Below are positions 37,471 through 47,600 of a DNA stretch of 64,000 bases, one piece after another. The stretch lies in NCBI GenBank assembly GCA_016212505.1, contig JACRGB010000010.1, positions 26,758-90,757 on the forward strand. Direction: 5' to 3'. This DNA is from Candidatus Micrarchaeota archaeon. Lineage in GTDB: Archaea > Micrarchaeota > Micrarchaeia > Anstonellales > Bilamarchaeaceae. Under the pieces are notes generated by a model, which saw only the letters and a program-made list of their open reading frames with translations, was not told the DNA's origin and ran no database searches. The first letter of the stretch is position 1. Every line of letters begins with the position of its first letter. The position numbers were made by a program, and so were the translations under genes.

Positions 37471-38727
37471 ATGTTAAAACAAATTCCCAAATTAGTTGAT
37501 ATACTCTCAGACCGCAGATTCTGGGCATTTTTTGGAACCGGACTCATAGTCAGCGTAGCATACATGGATCCTGGCAATTGGGGAACTTCGATAAGCGCTG
37601 GTTCAGAATACGGGTATCAATTGCTATGGATAGTGTGGCTCTCAAGCATAATGGCTATGTTATTTCAGTATCTTTCAGGGAAAATTGGCATAGCAGGATA
37701 TTCGGTAGCGGAGATCGTAAGGCTCGAATGGAAAAACAAGGGGTTAGTACTGGTTTATTGGCTGCTTGCTGAAATTGCGATACTTGCAACGGATTTAGCA
37801 GAGTTTTTGGGAATTGTAGTTGCTTTGAACTTACTGTTCGGAATACCCATGCTAATAGGAACGTTCGTAGCCATACTCGATGTTTTACTTTTACTGCTCT
37901 TAATAAGAAAAAGTTTCCGGACACTCGAATACGCGTTCATTCTTTTTGTTTCAGTAATTGGTTTTGGTTATGTTTATGAATTATTTATTACAAAACCGGA
38001 TTTTGGATCGATAGTGATCAGCTCAGTAACTCCTGCGCTTAACCCTCAAACCGCTCTTTTGGCAGTAGGAATAATCGGTGCGACAGTAATGCCACATGCA
38101 CTTTTTGTCCATTCATGGCTGCTGAAGAACAAAATGTCCGAAAATGGTAAAAAGTTTGACAAGCACAAGGCGCTTAGTTACCATAAGGTCGATAATGTAA
38201 TTTCTCTGATCATAGCAGGGCTGATAAATGCAGCAATACTGATCATGGCAGCAGCTGCGTTCTATAATTCTGGGTTTACTGTTGCTACAATTGATGAAGC
38301 ATACCGCACACTTACCCCATTGTTTGGAAGTTTGGCCTCATTAGTTTTTGCTATTGCATTACTTTCTGCAGGTATATCCTCATCAATAACTGGCACCCTT
38401 GCCGGACAAAGCATAATGGAAAGTTTAACTGATTTTAAGTTAAGTCCGACGATACGGAGAATAATAACGAGAGTGATAAACCTAATTCCGTTACTTATCG
38501 CAATTTTGCTTGGCATTGAACCCCTACAGGTGCTTGTCTATAGCCAGGTAGTCTTGAGCCTTCTTATTCCACTTCCGCTTATCCCGCTCATTTATTATTC
38601 GGCAGACAAAAATATCATGGGGGAATTTGTGAATAAGAAAATAACTACAGTTGTTGCTTCTTTGTTTGCGCTGATAATCTTAATTTTCAACGGGTATTTG
38701 CTTTATCAGACGTTTTTTGGAGGTTAA
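37471..38727 (+). CDS. mntH: NRAMP-family Mn2+/Fe2+ transporter
   Basis: DPGNWGT motif, about 11 hydrophobic helices, 418 aa. Confidence 0.88.
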   Translation: MLKQIPKLVDILSDRRFWAFFGTGLIVSVAYMDPGNWGTSISAGSEYGYQLLWIVWLSSIMAMLFQYLSGKIGIAGYSVAEIVRLEWKNKGLVLVYWLLAEIAILATDLAEFLGIVVALNLLFGIPMLIGTFVAILDVLLLLLLIRKSFRTLEYAFILFVSVIGFGYVYELFITKPDFGSIVISSVTPALNPQTALLAVGIIGATVMPHALFVHSWLLKNKMSENGKKFDKHKALSYHKVDNVISLIIAGLINAAILIMAAAAFYNSGFTVATIDEAYRTLTPLFGSLASLVFAIALLSAGISSSITGTLAGQSIMESLTDFKLSPTIRRIITRVINLIPLLIAILLGIEPLQVLVYSQVVLSLLIPLPLIPLIYYSADKNIMGEFVNKKITTVVASLFALIILIFNGYLLYQTFFGG

Positions 38728-39235
38728 TGGATTCGGTGCAAGTTAAGAGAAATCTAATGCAATCTTCCTTTTTCCCTGGTTTTTTATTCCAATCTTTTAC
38801 GACTTGTTTGTATGCTTGCAATTCTTGAACAAGTGGGGATTGTTCATTTGCCGGAATGTCCGGGCCTTTCAATCTAAATAGAAGTTGGGAGGGAAGAGGA
38901 CAAAAGCGAGTGTTCAGTTTTGAGTTTAGGGTGTAGGGATAACGGCGGCAGGATAACGGAGCAGATTCGTGAATGGTGCATAAGTTATCTTTCCCAAGAA
39001 AAATACACTGGTGAGACTTGAAACCCAAAATACAGGGCCAGTTATCATCAGTCATATCCAACGTAGTATCTGGGTCATAACTCAAAAGGCGGGCCTGATG
39101 AAAAACAACAAATTCTTCTGGTTTTTTGCCGGTTGCTTTGCAAACTCTAGCAACATCAAACGCGGTCACAGTTATTGTGTAGCTTTTGCAGCAATTGGCA
39201 GGGCAAAGTGAGCAGGGATTTGGAAGAATGGACAT
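38687..39235 (-). CDS. YkgJ-family putative zinc/iron-chelating CxxCxxCC protein
   Basis: MSILPNPCSLCPANCCKSY at the start chosen (ATG 39235), with further Cys residues downstream. Confidence 0.7.
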   Translation of the reverse strand: MSILPNPCSLCPANCCKSYTITVTAFDVARVCKATGKKPEEFVVFHQARLLSYDPDTTLDMTDDNWPCILGFKSHQCIFLGKDNLCTIHESAPLSCRRYPYTLNSKLNTRFCPLPSQLLFRLKGPDIPANEQSPLVQELQAYKQVVKDWNKKPGKKEDCIRFLLTCTESINLQKTSDKANTR

Positions 39236-39258
39236 ACTAAGTCTCCAAAATACTACAT

Positions 39259-41055
39259 CTAACGATAATCCGGATTCTCGCACTTCAGTTTTGCTATTAA
39301 TTCAGTGACTTCCTGAGGGTCCACTTGCAAACGGTATTTCTGCATTATTGCTGCTTGATTGCACTGCTCTTTCGCAACTAGTTTTTCGAGTTCTATTCCA
39401 GTTATCTTCTGAAGACGGAAAACTTTCAAAACAGTTGATGCTGGACTTCCCTTAGCCATGCCTTTAAGGACATCAGGAATTGCTGCTTTGACAAATGAGC
39501 CTTTTTTGTATTCGCCAAAAAGATCCTTGAGTGTTTTTTCCAAATCATTAAATTCAATTCCATCGCGCCTTAGCGAAACCAATGTATTTTCAAGGGTGGT
39601 TGCGGCCATCATCGGGTCTGCCCCTAACTCAACTAATTTTTCAAAAAGATGAAGGTTGCGGGACCTTAACATTGTTTTGGCAAGGTCGGGATTGAGTAAT
39701 TTTTCGAGTTTGGCTTTTTTATCTTCCAAAGACTCGCCCCTATCGAGCGATTGCAGGAATTCTTGCGTAAGACGAGTGGGGGGAATGTCTGTTTCTGGAT
39801 ATAATCTGGCACGACCAGGGAGCGGCCGCATAAATGTTGATGTCCCATCAGGATTAGCCCGCCTTGTTTCTTCAGGAACATGGTCCATATTCGCACGCTC
39901 GATAACATAGCTGAGAGCTTTTTGCGCTTGCTCGGCAGGAGCAACTACCATGACAAAAGCATCAGCATCGGAGAGATCTAGGATAGATCGCAATTGGGTT
40001 ATCTCAGTTTCAGAAAAAGAATACTTATCCAGATTCTCATCGCTATGAATTAGTCCTTTTACTCCAGCGCGCTTGGCATAATCACTTAGTTCGGTACCAT
40101 ACCGCTTGCCTGGGGCAATTTCCCTCCCGAGGATGCCCTTGTGTAAGGGGAGTTTTTGTGCCAAAACAACTGCACCAGCCTTAAGGCCGTTAATTATGAG
40201 AGGCGAGTTGGCGGAGTGGAGGATTTTTGTGACATCAACAACTTCGGACTTTATAGGAAGTGCTTTGCGCTCCCTTAGTTCAACAAGTATTTTTACAAGC
40301 TCGAGCTGGCGCTTTACTTCAATATCGACAAGCGGGGGGAGCATCTTAAGGTCCTGTGCGCCTTTTATTTCAACCCTCGAGCCACCTTCAGTAGAGACAT
40401 TGACATCCTGCCTTATGGTTCCAAGCCCGCGGGCAACTTTGCCAGTAGCCCTAAGTATCAGGCCGATTTTCTCTGCAACTTCTACCAAATGAGCTCCGTC
40501 TTTTATATCAGGAGAAGTGGAAATCTCAACTAGGGGGATACCGAGCCGGTCGAGCCTATAAACAGCACGATTTTCTGATGAAGAAACGATCCCAGAGCTT
40601 TCCTCTTCGAGCGCAATCATCGGGATATTGATTGTGCCTTTCGAGCTTTCAATATGGCCATTTAAGGCGATAAGGGAAGTTCGCTGGAAACCAGAGGTGT
40701 TGCTGCCATCTATTACCATTTTTCGCATTATCTGGACTTCGTCGACGGGGGTGGCATTAAGCTGCATTGCTATTTGCAAAACAATTTTCAGCGCATCCGA
40801 ATTTAGTGGATGAGGGGGCTCTTCATCGGTTTCGACAAGGCAATTACAGTTGCGATACGCCCAGTATTCAAAAGTTTTTCCTTTTTTAAATTCTGCAATA
40901 CCCGTTCGGTCACTCTCACCCAGTTCGCTTAAAACCGGATGAAGCATTCGTTCGATTTTGATTTCTGGCGACTGGTCTTCAGTTAAAGTAGAAGGGCAGT
41001 TGCAGAATAATTTATCTGAAAGTAAACGACTGTGGATTTCTATTCCTATTTTCAT
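39259..41055 (-). CDS. gatE: Glu-tRNA(Gln) amidotransferase subunit E
   Basis: MKIGIEIHSRLLSDKLFCNC N-terminus. 598 aa; overall GatE/GatB-like organisation with an archaeal insertion domain. Confidence 0.9.
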   Translation of the reverse strand: MKIGIEIHSRLLSDKLFCNCPSTLTEDQSPEIKIERMLHPVLSELGESDRTGIAEFKKGKTFEYWAYRNCNCLVETDEEPPHPLNSDALKIVLQIAMQLNATPVDEVQIMRKMVIDGSNTSGFQRTSLIALNGHIESSKGTINIPMIALEEESSGIVSSSENRAVYRLDRLGIPLVEISTSPDIKDGAHLVEVAEKIGLILRATGKVARGLGTIRQDVNVSTEGGSRVEIKGAQDLKMLPPLVDIEVKRQLELVKILVELRERKALPIKSEVVDVTKILHSANSPLIINGLKAGAVVLAQKLPLHKGILGREIAPGKRYGTELSDYAKRAGVKGLIHSDENLDKYSFSETEITQLRSILDLSDADAFVMVVAPAEQAQKALSYVIERANMDHVPEETRRANPDGTSTFMRPLPGRARLYPETDIPPTRLTQEFLQSLDRGESLEDKKAKLEKLLNPDLAKTMLRSRNLHLFEKLVELGADPMMAATTLENTLVSLRRDGIEFNDLEKTLKDLFGEYKKGSFVKAAIPDVLKGMAKGSPASTVLKVFRLQKITGIELEKLVAKEQCNQAAIMQKYRLQVDPQEVTELIAKLKCENPDYR

Positions 41056-41123
41056 AGAAGAGATATTATCTGAAGGCCATTATAAAAGTTATTGCAGCGC
41101 TAAGAAACAGCGCCTATCAAAAA

Positions 41124-41140
41124 AACATTTGTGTTAAAAA
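41124..41140 (+). promoter_or_regulatory. TATA/BRE-like element for orphan D
   Basis: aacatttgtgttaaaaa; TTAAAAA lies 23-29 nt upstream of ATG 41163 (leaderless layout). Confidence 0.4.
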
Positions 41141-41162
41141 GGGTTGGTTTTAGTATCATTTT

Positions 41163-42500
41163 ATGGCAACGTTTACCCAACACCGAACGCCTTATGATAG
41201 TGCACAAAAAAGCCCTTACCGAGCACGATTAGCACACTTGGCCAAACCCTTAGGTGAGGAGACACAAAAACGCATACAGGTAGCAAAACACGGAGTTAGT
41301 GGCTATGGTGCTTTATATGCCAATTCCTTGGTAGTTGATTTACCCCGCTTGCTTGAATCGATAGATAGAGGTACTGCAATAATGGAAGAGTTGGGCCTGC
41401 CAGAAGGAACAGCTAGAGACCGAACAGGCTTTACGACACTAAAGGAATTTTATTATGATAAAGGAGTTTGTTTGGATTTTGACCAAGATAATGAGCCATT
41501 TGTTGGAGCCATTGTAAGAAGGCAGCACATGAGAGAAGTAGAAGTGATGACTGTTGTGGCAGATAGTCCAACTAGGACAACAACTATATATTCTCCAGAG
41601 GTTAAAGAAGGAGAGGCATCAATAGATGCACGAATACTTATCAATGCAGTCCAAGCATTAGAATCAGCAGCATATAAAATAAACCTCTATAGGCATCTGC
41701 AACTAGAACCTGAAATATCCTGCTTATTTCATAGAGCCGAGGAAGTTAGTTTTGGGGAAGTTGAACGCAGATTAAAGCCTATGACACTGGGAACGGAAAT
41801 TAAAAGGACTGAATTCATAAGAGCTCTCATATCCCTAGGCGCAATGGCAGGAAATCTGGATTCGGTAGCAAACGCTTTCGTAAGATTCTGGAAAATCCAG
41901 TTTGGAGTACGGATGGTGAAAGAAACCTATCATCCGAATGAAGTGGAACATACCATTAGGCTCGCCAACCGAAATCTTGGTGGAAGTGTAGTGGCAGGGT
42001 TAATGTTTCATGCAGAAGTAGAGCGATTAAAAAGAAGCGGGTTTATAGATCCGGAAAAAGGATTTGGTGAGAGCTCGGAAATATTCCAAAACTTGGAGCT
42101 TGTCAGCTGGCTGGCAGATATGGCTTATGGCGATCCTTATGACAGAGTGAGGGCAGCCCAGGACAATGAGGCTTCAGGAAGAATAACATTGCAACTAATA
42201 GAATTCAATAGCTGGATGCAGGCCATATGGAGAGAGATTGTCAGAGTACGGACAAATGATCTGTTTGAACCTCGCTTAATGTTGGTTCAAACAAAAGCAG
42301 GAAGAATAAGAGAGGCTGCAAAATACCACTTAAATCGATGGTTTGTCGAAAATGCGGGCCAAAATATGAAAGAGGTTCATCCAGGACTCGGAAAAATACT
42401 TGAAGAAGCAGGTCAAGCTACTTACATAGATCGGGAAGCAATCGCTCTAGCGGCAAGTGTCTGGAGAGAAAGATATGTCCATCCAGACTTATATAGATAA
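41163..42500 (+). CDS. Hypothetical protein (orphan D)
   Basis: 445-codon ORF antisense to the flanking gatE and gatD. No recognisable motif. Basic N-terminus. Confidence 0.6.
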   Translation: MATFTQHRTPYDSAQKSPYRARLAHLAKPLGEETQKRIQVAKHGVSGYGALYANSLVVDLPRLLESIDRGTAIMEELGLPEGTARDRTGFTTLKEFYYDKGVCLDFDQDNEPFVGAIVRRQHMREVEVMTVVADSPTRTTTIYSPEVKEGEASIDARILINAVQALESAAYKINLYRHLQLEPEISCLFHRAEEVSFGEVERRLKPMTLGTEIKRTEFIRALISLGAMAGNLDSVANAFVRFWKIQFGVRMVKETYHPNEVEHTIRLANRNLGGSVVAGLMFHAEVERLKRSGFIDPEKGFGESSEIFQNLELVSWLADMAYGDPYDRVRAAQDNEASGRITLQLIEFNSWMQAIWREIVRVRTNDLFEPRLMLVQTKAGRIREAAKYHLNRWFVENAGQNMKEVHPGLGKILEEAGQATYIDREAIALAASVWRERYVHPDLYR

Positions 42501-42642
42501 TTTTGTTATTTCGCTTTAGGGTTTTTGTTGTTTTCTTAAATTAATTTTATTTTAGAGTTAAGTTTTTTTTGATTATTGCTAATTTTCGTTTGAAAGCAAG
42601 GTTTTAATTTACCTTAATATCATAATTTAATCGGGTGATAAT

Positions 42643-43140
42643 ATGGGAAAAACAAAAGCAGCAAGCTATATTCTTGTTCTTTTAGCTTTGGTAGTAATTA
42701 TTGGCGCATCTTATTTGATAATTGCTTATGCGACAGACATACTAACGGCAATTGTGGATTTTGTCACTACAAATGATTTTGCAAAACTTAGGCAATGCGG
42801 GGTTGTCATGCCAGAACAATTCAACAAGGTAAAAGGAGACCTTACGGCAGTCATACTTCCTGCAATGTATCTTGGCCTTCCATTACTGCTCATCATAATA
42901 GGTGCAATAATGTTTGCAGCTGGAATGCAGTATAAGAAAAGCAAACTTGAGGAAGAAGTAGAGCGGCATGAAAAAATGGAAAGGGAAATGGTCGACCGGA
43001 TCGCGAAGAAAATGAATCATGAACCTCCTCCACGTCAAATGCCTCCATCAAAACCAATGATGGGCAGGAGAGAGATGGAGCATGAAGAGGAAGAACACGA
43101 GGAAGAGCAACGGCCAACCAGACCAACGCCAAGAAGATAA
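42643..43140 (+). CDS. Small membrane protein with charged Pro/Glu/His-rich tail
   Basis: Two hydrophobic helices, then EEEVERHEKMEREM ... HEEEEHEEEQRPTRPTPRR. Confidence 0.5.
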   Translation: MGKTKAASYILVLLALVVIIGASYLIIAYATDILTAIVDFVTTNDFAKLRQCGVVMPEQFNKVKGDLTAVILPAMYLGLPLLLIIIGAIMFAAGMQYKKSKLEEEVERHEKMEREMVDRIAKKMNHEPPPRQMPPSKPMMGRREMEHEEEEHEEEQRPTRPTPRR

Positions 43141-43175
43141 TTGGGGAGAATGAATCAGAATGGTTCATCAAAATC

Positions 43176-43230
43176 CCGTAGCTTTTTCGGCTACGGTGTC
43201 ATGTTCGACGATTCGAACATGAGCATGCTC
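43176..43230. terminator. Cluster of hairpins between convergent genes (candidate bidirectional terminator)
   Basis: ccgtagc-tttttcg-gctacgg (43176-43196), catgttcga-cgat-tcgaacatg (43200-43221), and the palindrome gagcatgctc (43221-43230). Confidence 0.4.
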
Positions 43231-43241
43231 GTGAATGCTTA

Positions 43242-44645
43242 TCATTCGCAACATCTTTCGATGAACTGCGGTTCATCAAAATCCAATGTTGAGCGGGAGG
43301 AAATCTCGCCAACAAGGTTCTTTTCCATCAGTTCTTTTATTTTTTTCATATCTTTAGTCTGGCCAAGAACCCAGGATAATTTTGCAAAAGCAGTTTCAGG
43401 AAGATAATCGCAGCCATCGCCAATAACTCCTGCTTCTTTTAGCAGCCTGCCGGCAGAATAAACATTCAGGTTGAGTCTTCCGGAAAGGGTTTGCGGAGCA
43501 AAAACCACCGGGATATTGGATGAGATAAGTTCCTTGATAGGTTCGAGAAGGCTTTTCGAGTGTTTTTCTCCAAAGGGATTAGTTGCAACATGACCCATTC
43601 CGGTTGCAATGACAACAGCTCCATCGTATGCACTCAGATGTTTGAAAAATCCGGGCTGCATACCAGGATGAAAATACGCCATTGCAACATTGTCGGACAT
43701 TTTTGTGTTTATCTCAATCTTACCAACATCAGTAGAACGAGGCTTGGTTTCCTGAAGTTTTTCAAACTTGTTGCTTGCATAGTCAATTTTTGCCAGGGGA
43801 GATGCATTTATGCTCCTAAAAGCATCCCTTCTTGAAGTGTGCATTTTCCTTATCCGTGTCCCGCGATGAAGAAAAGCAAATGAATCGTTACTTTCGCCAT
43901 GCATACAAACTGAAACTTCTGCAAAATCCGCCTTTGCCGCAAAAATTGCATTTAGCAGGTTCTGCTCATTGTCGCTGCTTGGCCGGTCGCTCGAGCGTTG
44001 GGCACCAACAAAAACTATCGGGACCGGGAGGTTTTGGAGCATGAAACTAAGTGCAGCACTGCTATAGCCTAGGGTATCGGTTCCGTGCATAAGCACAATT
44101 CCAGTTACCCCTTCCTTTATTTCAGCAATGCAGGCTTCGGCCATTTGTTGCCAATGCCAAACTGACATATCTTCTGAAAAAATAGAAAATAATTGTTTGG
44201 TGTGGATTGTGGAAATTTTTTCGATTTGCGGAAATGACGCCCTTAGCTCCTCGGGCGATATTGCCGGATAAACTGCACCGGATTTGTAATCAACTTTGCT
44301 CGCAATAGTGCCACCACACCCAAGGACCACGACTTCGCCAGCACTTCCATTAGCACCAATATGTTTCTCGGGCGAATTGGTTGGTTTTGCAGTTTTGATG
44401 TTTGTTGGCTTTGTTAAAGAAGATTTTGAAACTATTTCTATTGAAGTTGGATCATTTAGTGAAAGCGGTGCAATGCCGACATTGTATCCGGTATTGAGTT
44501 TTATTATAAGAACGCCTTGGTCACCATATTCTGGACGTGGCATAAGAAGGCCGATAAATTCTCCGGAACTTGAGACAACCTTTACCTGATCCCCCAGCGA
44601 AATTTTCTTTTGCTTGAGCAGTTTTTCTATTTCAGGTGCGTACAT
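43242..44645 (-). CDS. gatD: Glu-tRNA(Gln) amidotransferase subunit D (asparaginase-like)
   Basis: VVVLGCGGTIAS asparaginase motif, HGTDT. 467 aa. Confidence 0.9.
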   Translation of the reverse strand: MYAPEIEKLLKQKKISLGDQVKVVSSSGEFIGLLMPRPEYGDQGVLIIKLNTGYNVGIAPLSLNDPTSIEIVSKSSLTKPTNIKTAKPTNSPEKHIGANGSAGEVVVLGCGGTIASKVDYKSGAVYPAISPEELRASFPQIEKISTIHTKQLFSIFSEDMSVWHWQQMAEACIAEIKEGVTGIVLMHGTDTLGYSSAALSFMLQNLPVPIVFVGAQRSSDRPSSDNEQNLLNAIFAAKADFAEVSVCMHGESNDSFAFLHRGTRIRKMHTSRRDAFRSINASPLAKIDYASNKFEKLQETKPRSTDVGKIEINTKMSDNVAMAYFHPGMQPGFFKHLSAYDGAVVIATGMGHVATNPFGEKHSKSLLEPIKELISSNIPVVFAPQTLSGRLNLNVYSAGRLLKEAGVIGDGCDYLPETAFAKLSWVLGQTKDMKKIKELMEKNLVGEISSRSTLDFDEPQFIERCCE

Positions 44646-44684
44646 AAAAACACTTTACTTATGCGTACTTACTCTAATACGTAC

Positions 44685-47600
44685 TTACTCTATGATCTTG
44701 TAAATCTTAACAGCATTGTCTGGGGTGGAGTAGACCAACTTAAATCCAGGCAGGTCATTGAGGAAGAATGCCCGGTAGAGGTTGGATTCATAGAACTTGC
44801 TTTTATGGTCTGTGTATCCGGATTTAACTTCCCCATTTTCAAGCCACATAGCATCATTTGTATAGAAAAGGGTAACTGAAGTCACATCACCCATATGATA
44901 AGTTTGGGGTATTTGATAGGCAAACTGGAATAGAGCCTTATTGAGCTTAAGGTCGCCATTTGGATAAGTCTGGCTGAGTTCATATGGTGCGAAACTTTGT
45001 TGGCCATTGGCAAGAGTAGTCTGGCCAACGCAGTAAGTCGGAACTGCCCGGATGGCATTCTTACAAAATGCAACCTTCTGCTCACTATCGGGGTTTACAC
45101 AGTCACCAGGGTAGTACGGGATGTATTGGTCGCCGGCATATATTTTATACGCAGTAAAGCCGGTTTTGTTTGATATTTTAGAAATAGTACATGGATTTGA
45201 GGTGGAAACAAAGATCGTATCCCATAGGTGGTCTGCTTCACATTTTGAAGCGCCAGGGGATTGTGCAACAGTAGTCTCATTTTTCCAGGCGCAGGAAAGG
45301 TAATTGAGCGCACCGTATTTTCCTCCCAGCGAGCCACCGTTCATCAGAAGCTCGGCATCAAATAACGCGTACTTGCTGTCGTGGGATTGCATGAAAGATT
45401 TCAAATCCTGCGGGGTGCCGTCCAGGTAAGCCTCTGCAACCTGTCCTATCATACTATGGGAAACGTGTTCATTTCTTAGAGTGGTATTGCGCTGACCGAA
45501 GAAGTTGATCCAATGGCCATAGTCCCACCATGAGGTTACCCTTGCAGTCGGTTCTGTATTATCCCTTATCCATTCCATAGAATTAATCCAATAAGAAGAG
45601 ATGCGCTGGCAACGGAAGAAAACTGCCTGGGTTTCCCAAGGCGGGGCTGCATTTGAGTTTTGAAGATAAGAGGGGTTTGAATAGATTGAAAGTGCACAAA
45701 GGCTTTGGTCATATTGGAAATTAGTGCCTTTGGAAGCAAAACCGATCGGATCTTTGGCTGCAGAACAAACAGTGTTATCACCGCCGGAAGAACAAAAAGT
45801 TTGGAATTTAGCTGAAAGGGCCGCAGGATTATTCTGGTAAAGTGGCTGGAATGAGCCCCAGAGGACGGAAATCGGGAAAATATGATAAATGAGCTGGAAG
45901 AAAACAAGGGCCATGCCAATCCAGAGAAGAGAGTTGTAGATTTTTTGTTCGTTGATTTTCTTGAAGTTATCCCGGAGGAGGGAGAATGCCGGTTCTATGC
46001 AAAACCCGATGGCCAGTGAAAGGGCAAAGGCCGCATAGGTCACTAATTTTGCCTTGAGGATGCCGGTTACGAAGGGAGGAAAGATAATTGCCACAAACAA
46101 AACAAACAGGTTGTCTTCTTTTTTGTTAAACCTAAATAAAGAATATACTACTAAAACCGCGTAGAGGAACACCCAGAAAAGAAGAAGGCTGCTGGCTTTG
46201 GAATCAAACCCTGCAGAAGTTCCGAACAGGCCGTTTAGGATCGACACCATCACCCCAAGGCCCATGTTGACTATGGTAGATATTGGAAGAAATATGAGAG
46301 AAATTATCGAAGTTAAGATATTTGCGAGGTTATCCACTAGTTGGGGAGATTGATTAAGGAGAGAGCGGAGCGGGTAGAGGATGGTGGAAATAACATCGGA
46401 ATAGGTTGCTGCAATAAAACCTATTTCCTGGCCAAGGTCACCTCCGGCACCAGACTGCTCTGCAATGGTCCGGTCTAAAGGTTTATTGTATGAAGCCCAG
46501 GAAAAACTACTACCGCCAAAGTCCTTAACATATTTTCCAAGGGGTGTAGCAGCATACACGATCAGGGCAACAACAAAGAGCGTTAGGAGGAATGAGGGTG
46601 CGTTTTTCTTGTCCGGGAATTTTATTGAGAAAACATATAAGGCGGCTGCAAAAAAGATCGCAAGAAGATATGGGACGAGGAGGGAGAGCCCGATTGTGCC
46701 CGAGCGGAAGAGAGAAATCACCAGTGACTGCCCAATAACCGAACCAAGTGCAAAAACTATGCCGTTCAGGATTAGCAGGTGCTTAAGTTCTTCAGTATTC
46801 TGGGCATCATCTCTTAGGAAAAGGAGAATGGACTGGACAACGGTATAGATCATAACTGCTGCAAGCCCCAAGCTAAATCCATTACTTCCTATTGCCAGCG
46901 CAAAAAATCCAATGCCGGCGATAACTGAAAGTTTTAGTTCTTTCCGTTTAATTGCAAATGCATACATCGCATAGAAGAATGTTAGTGCAAAAAGGGTGTA
47001 GGGAACTACTTGCTGTTCGCCTGCAGTAAACTTGTATATTAAAATAGGGGTAAAAGAAGCCAGGCCTGCGGCAATGACGCCCCATTCCCGTCTCCCTGAA
47101 AGCGAAACAAGGAAGTATATGAAGAACAAGGTCATGGCAGTAACTATTGCAGGATATATAGACGCTACAAGGGCAAGGAGCATATTATTGTATGCGCCTC
47201 CGCCAGTATAGAGAGAGTACCAAACTGCTTCTAAATAAGAGAGCGCCGGAATTTCCCTATGGCTCACGGAGACTTCAGGATACCAGGCAGTTTGGTCATT
47301 AAAGAAATTCCCCCCAAGAGTAAGTATTTGCTGCGGGACATAGGTATAGTAATAGGGGTCAAGCTCCTGAAAAATCGGGGTATAGCTGCTGATCCTTATC
47401 AGGTAGGAGATGACGATTATCACTATTAGTGCGAGTGTTATCAGGTTGGTTTTAGAAGAAGTAAACTCTTTAAAATCAAAAGAGAATACTGGCATTTTGA
47501 AGTTTTTAAGTTCCAAAACATCCTCGTATAGTTTTGAGTGGAAAAGAAATACGAGCGCAATTAAATAAGTAACTGCTACTGCGAGCAATGCAATAGAATA

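Noticed and set aside
44646-44700. Direct repeat cgtacttactcta x2 at the gatD promoter / aglB stop region. A similar short repeat, cttaattaact x2, occurs at about 47900-47930
   Set aside because: These are very short A/T-rich duplications in intergenic DNA with only two copies each. That is insufficient to call a repeat element or array.
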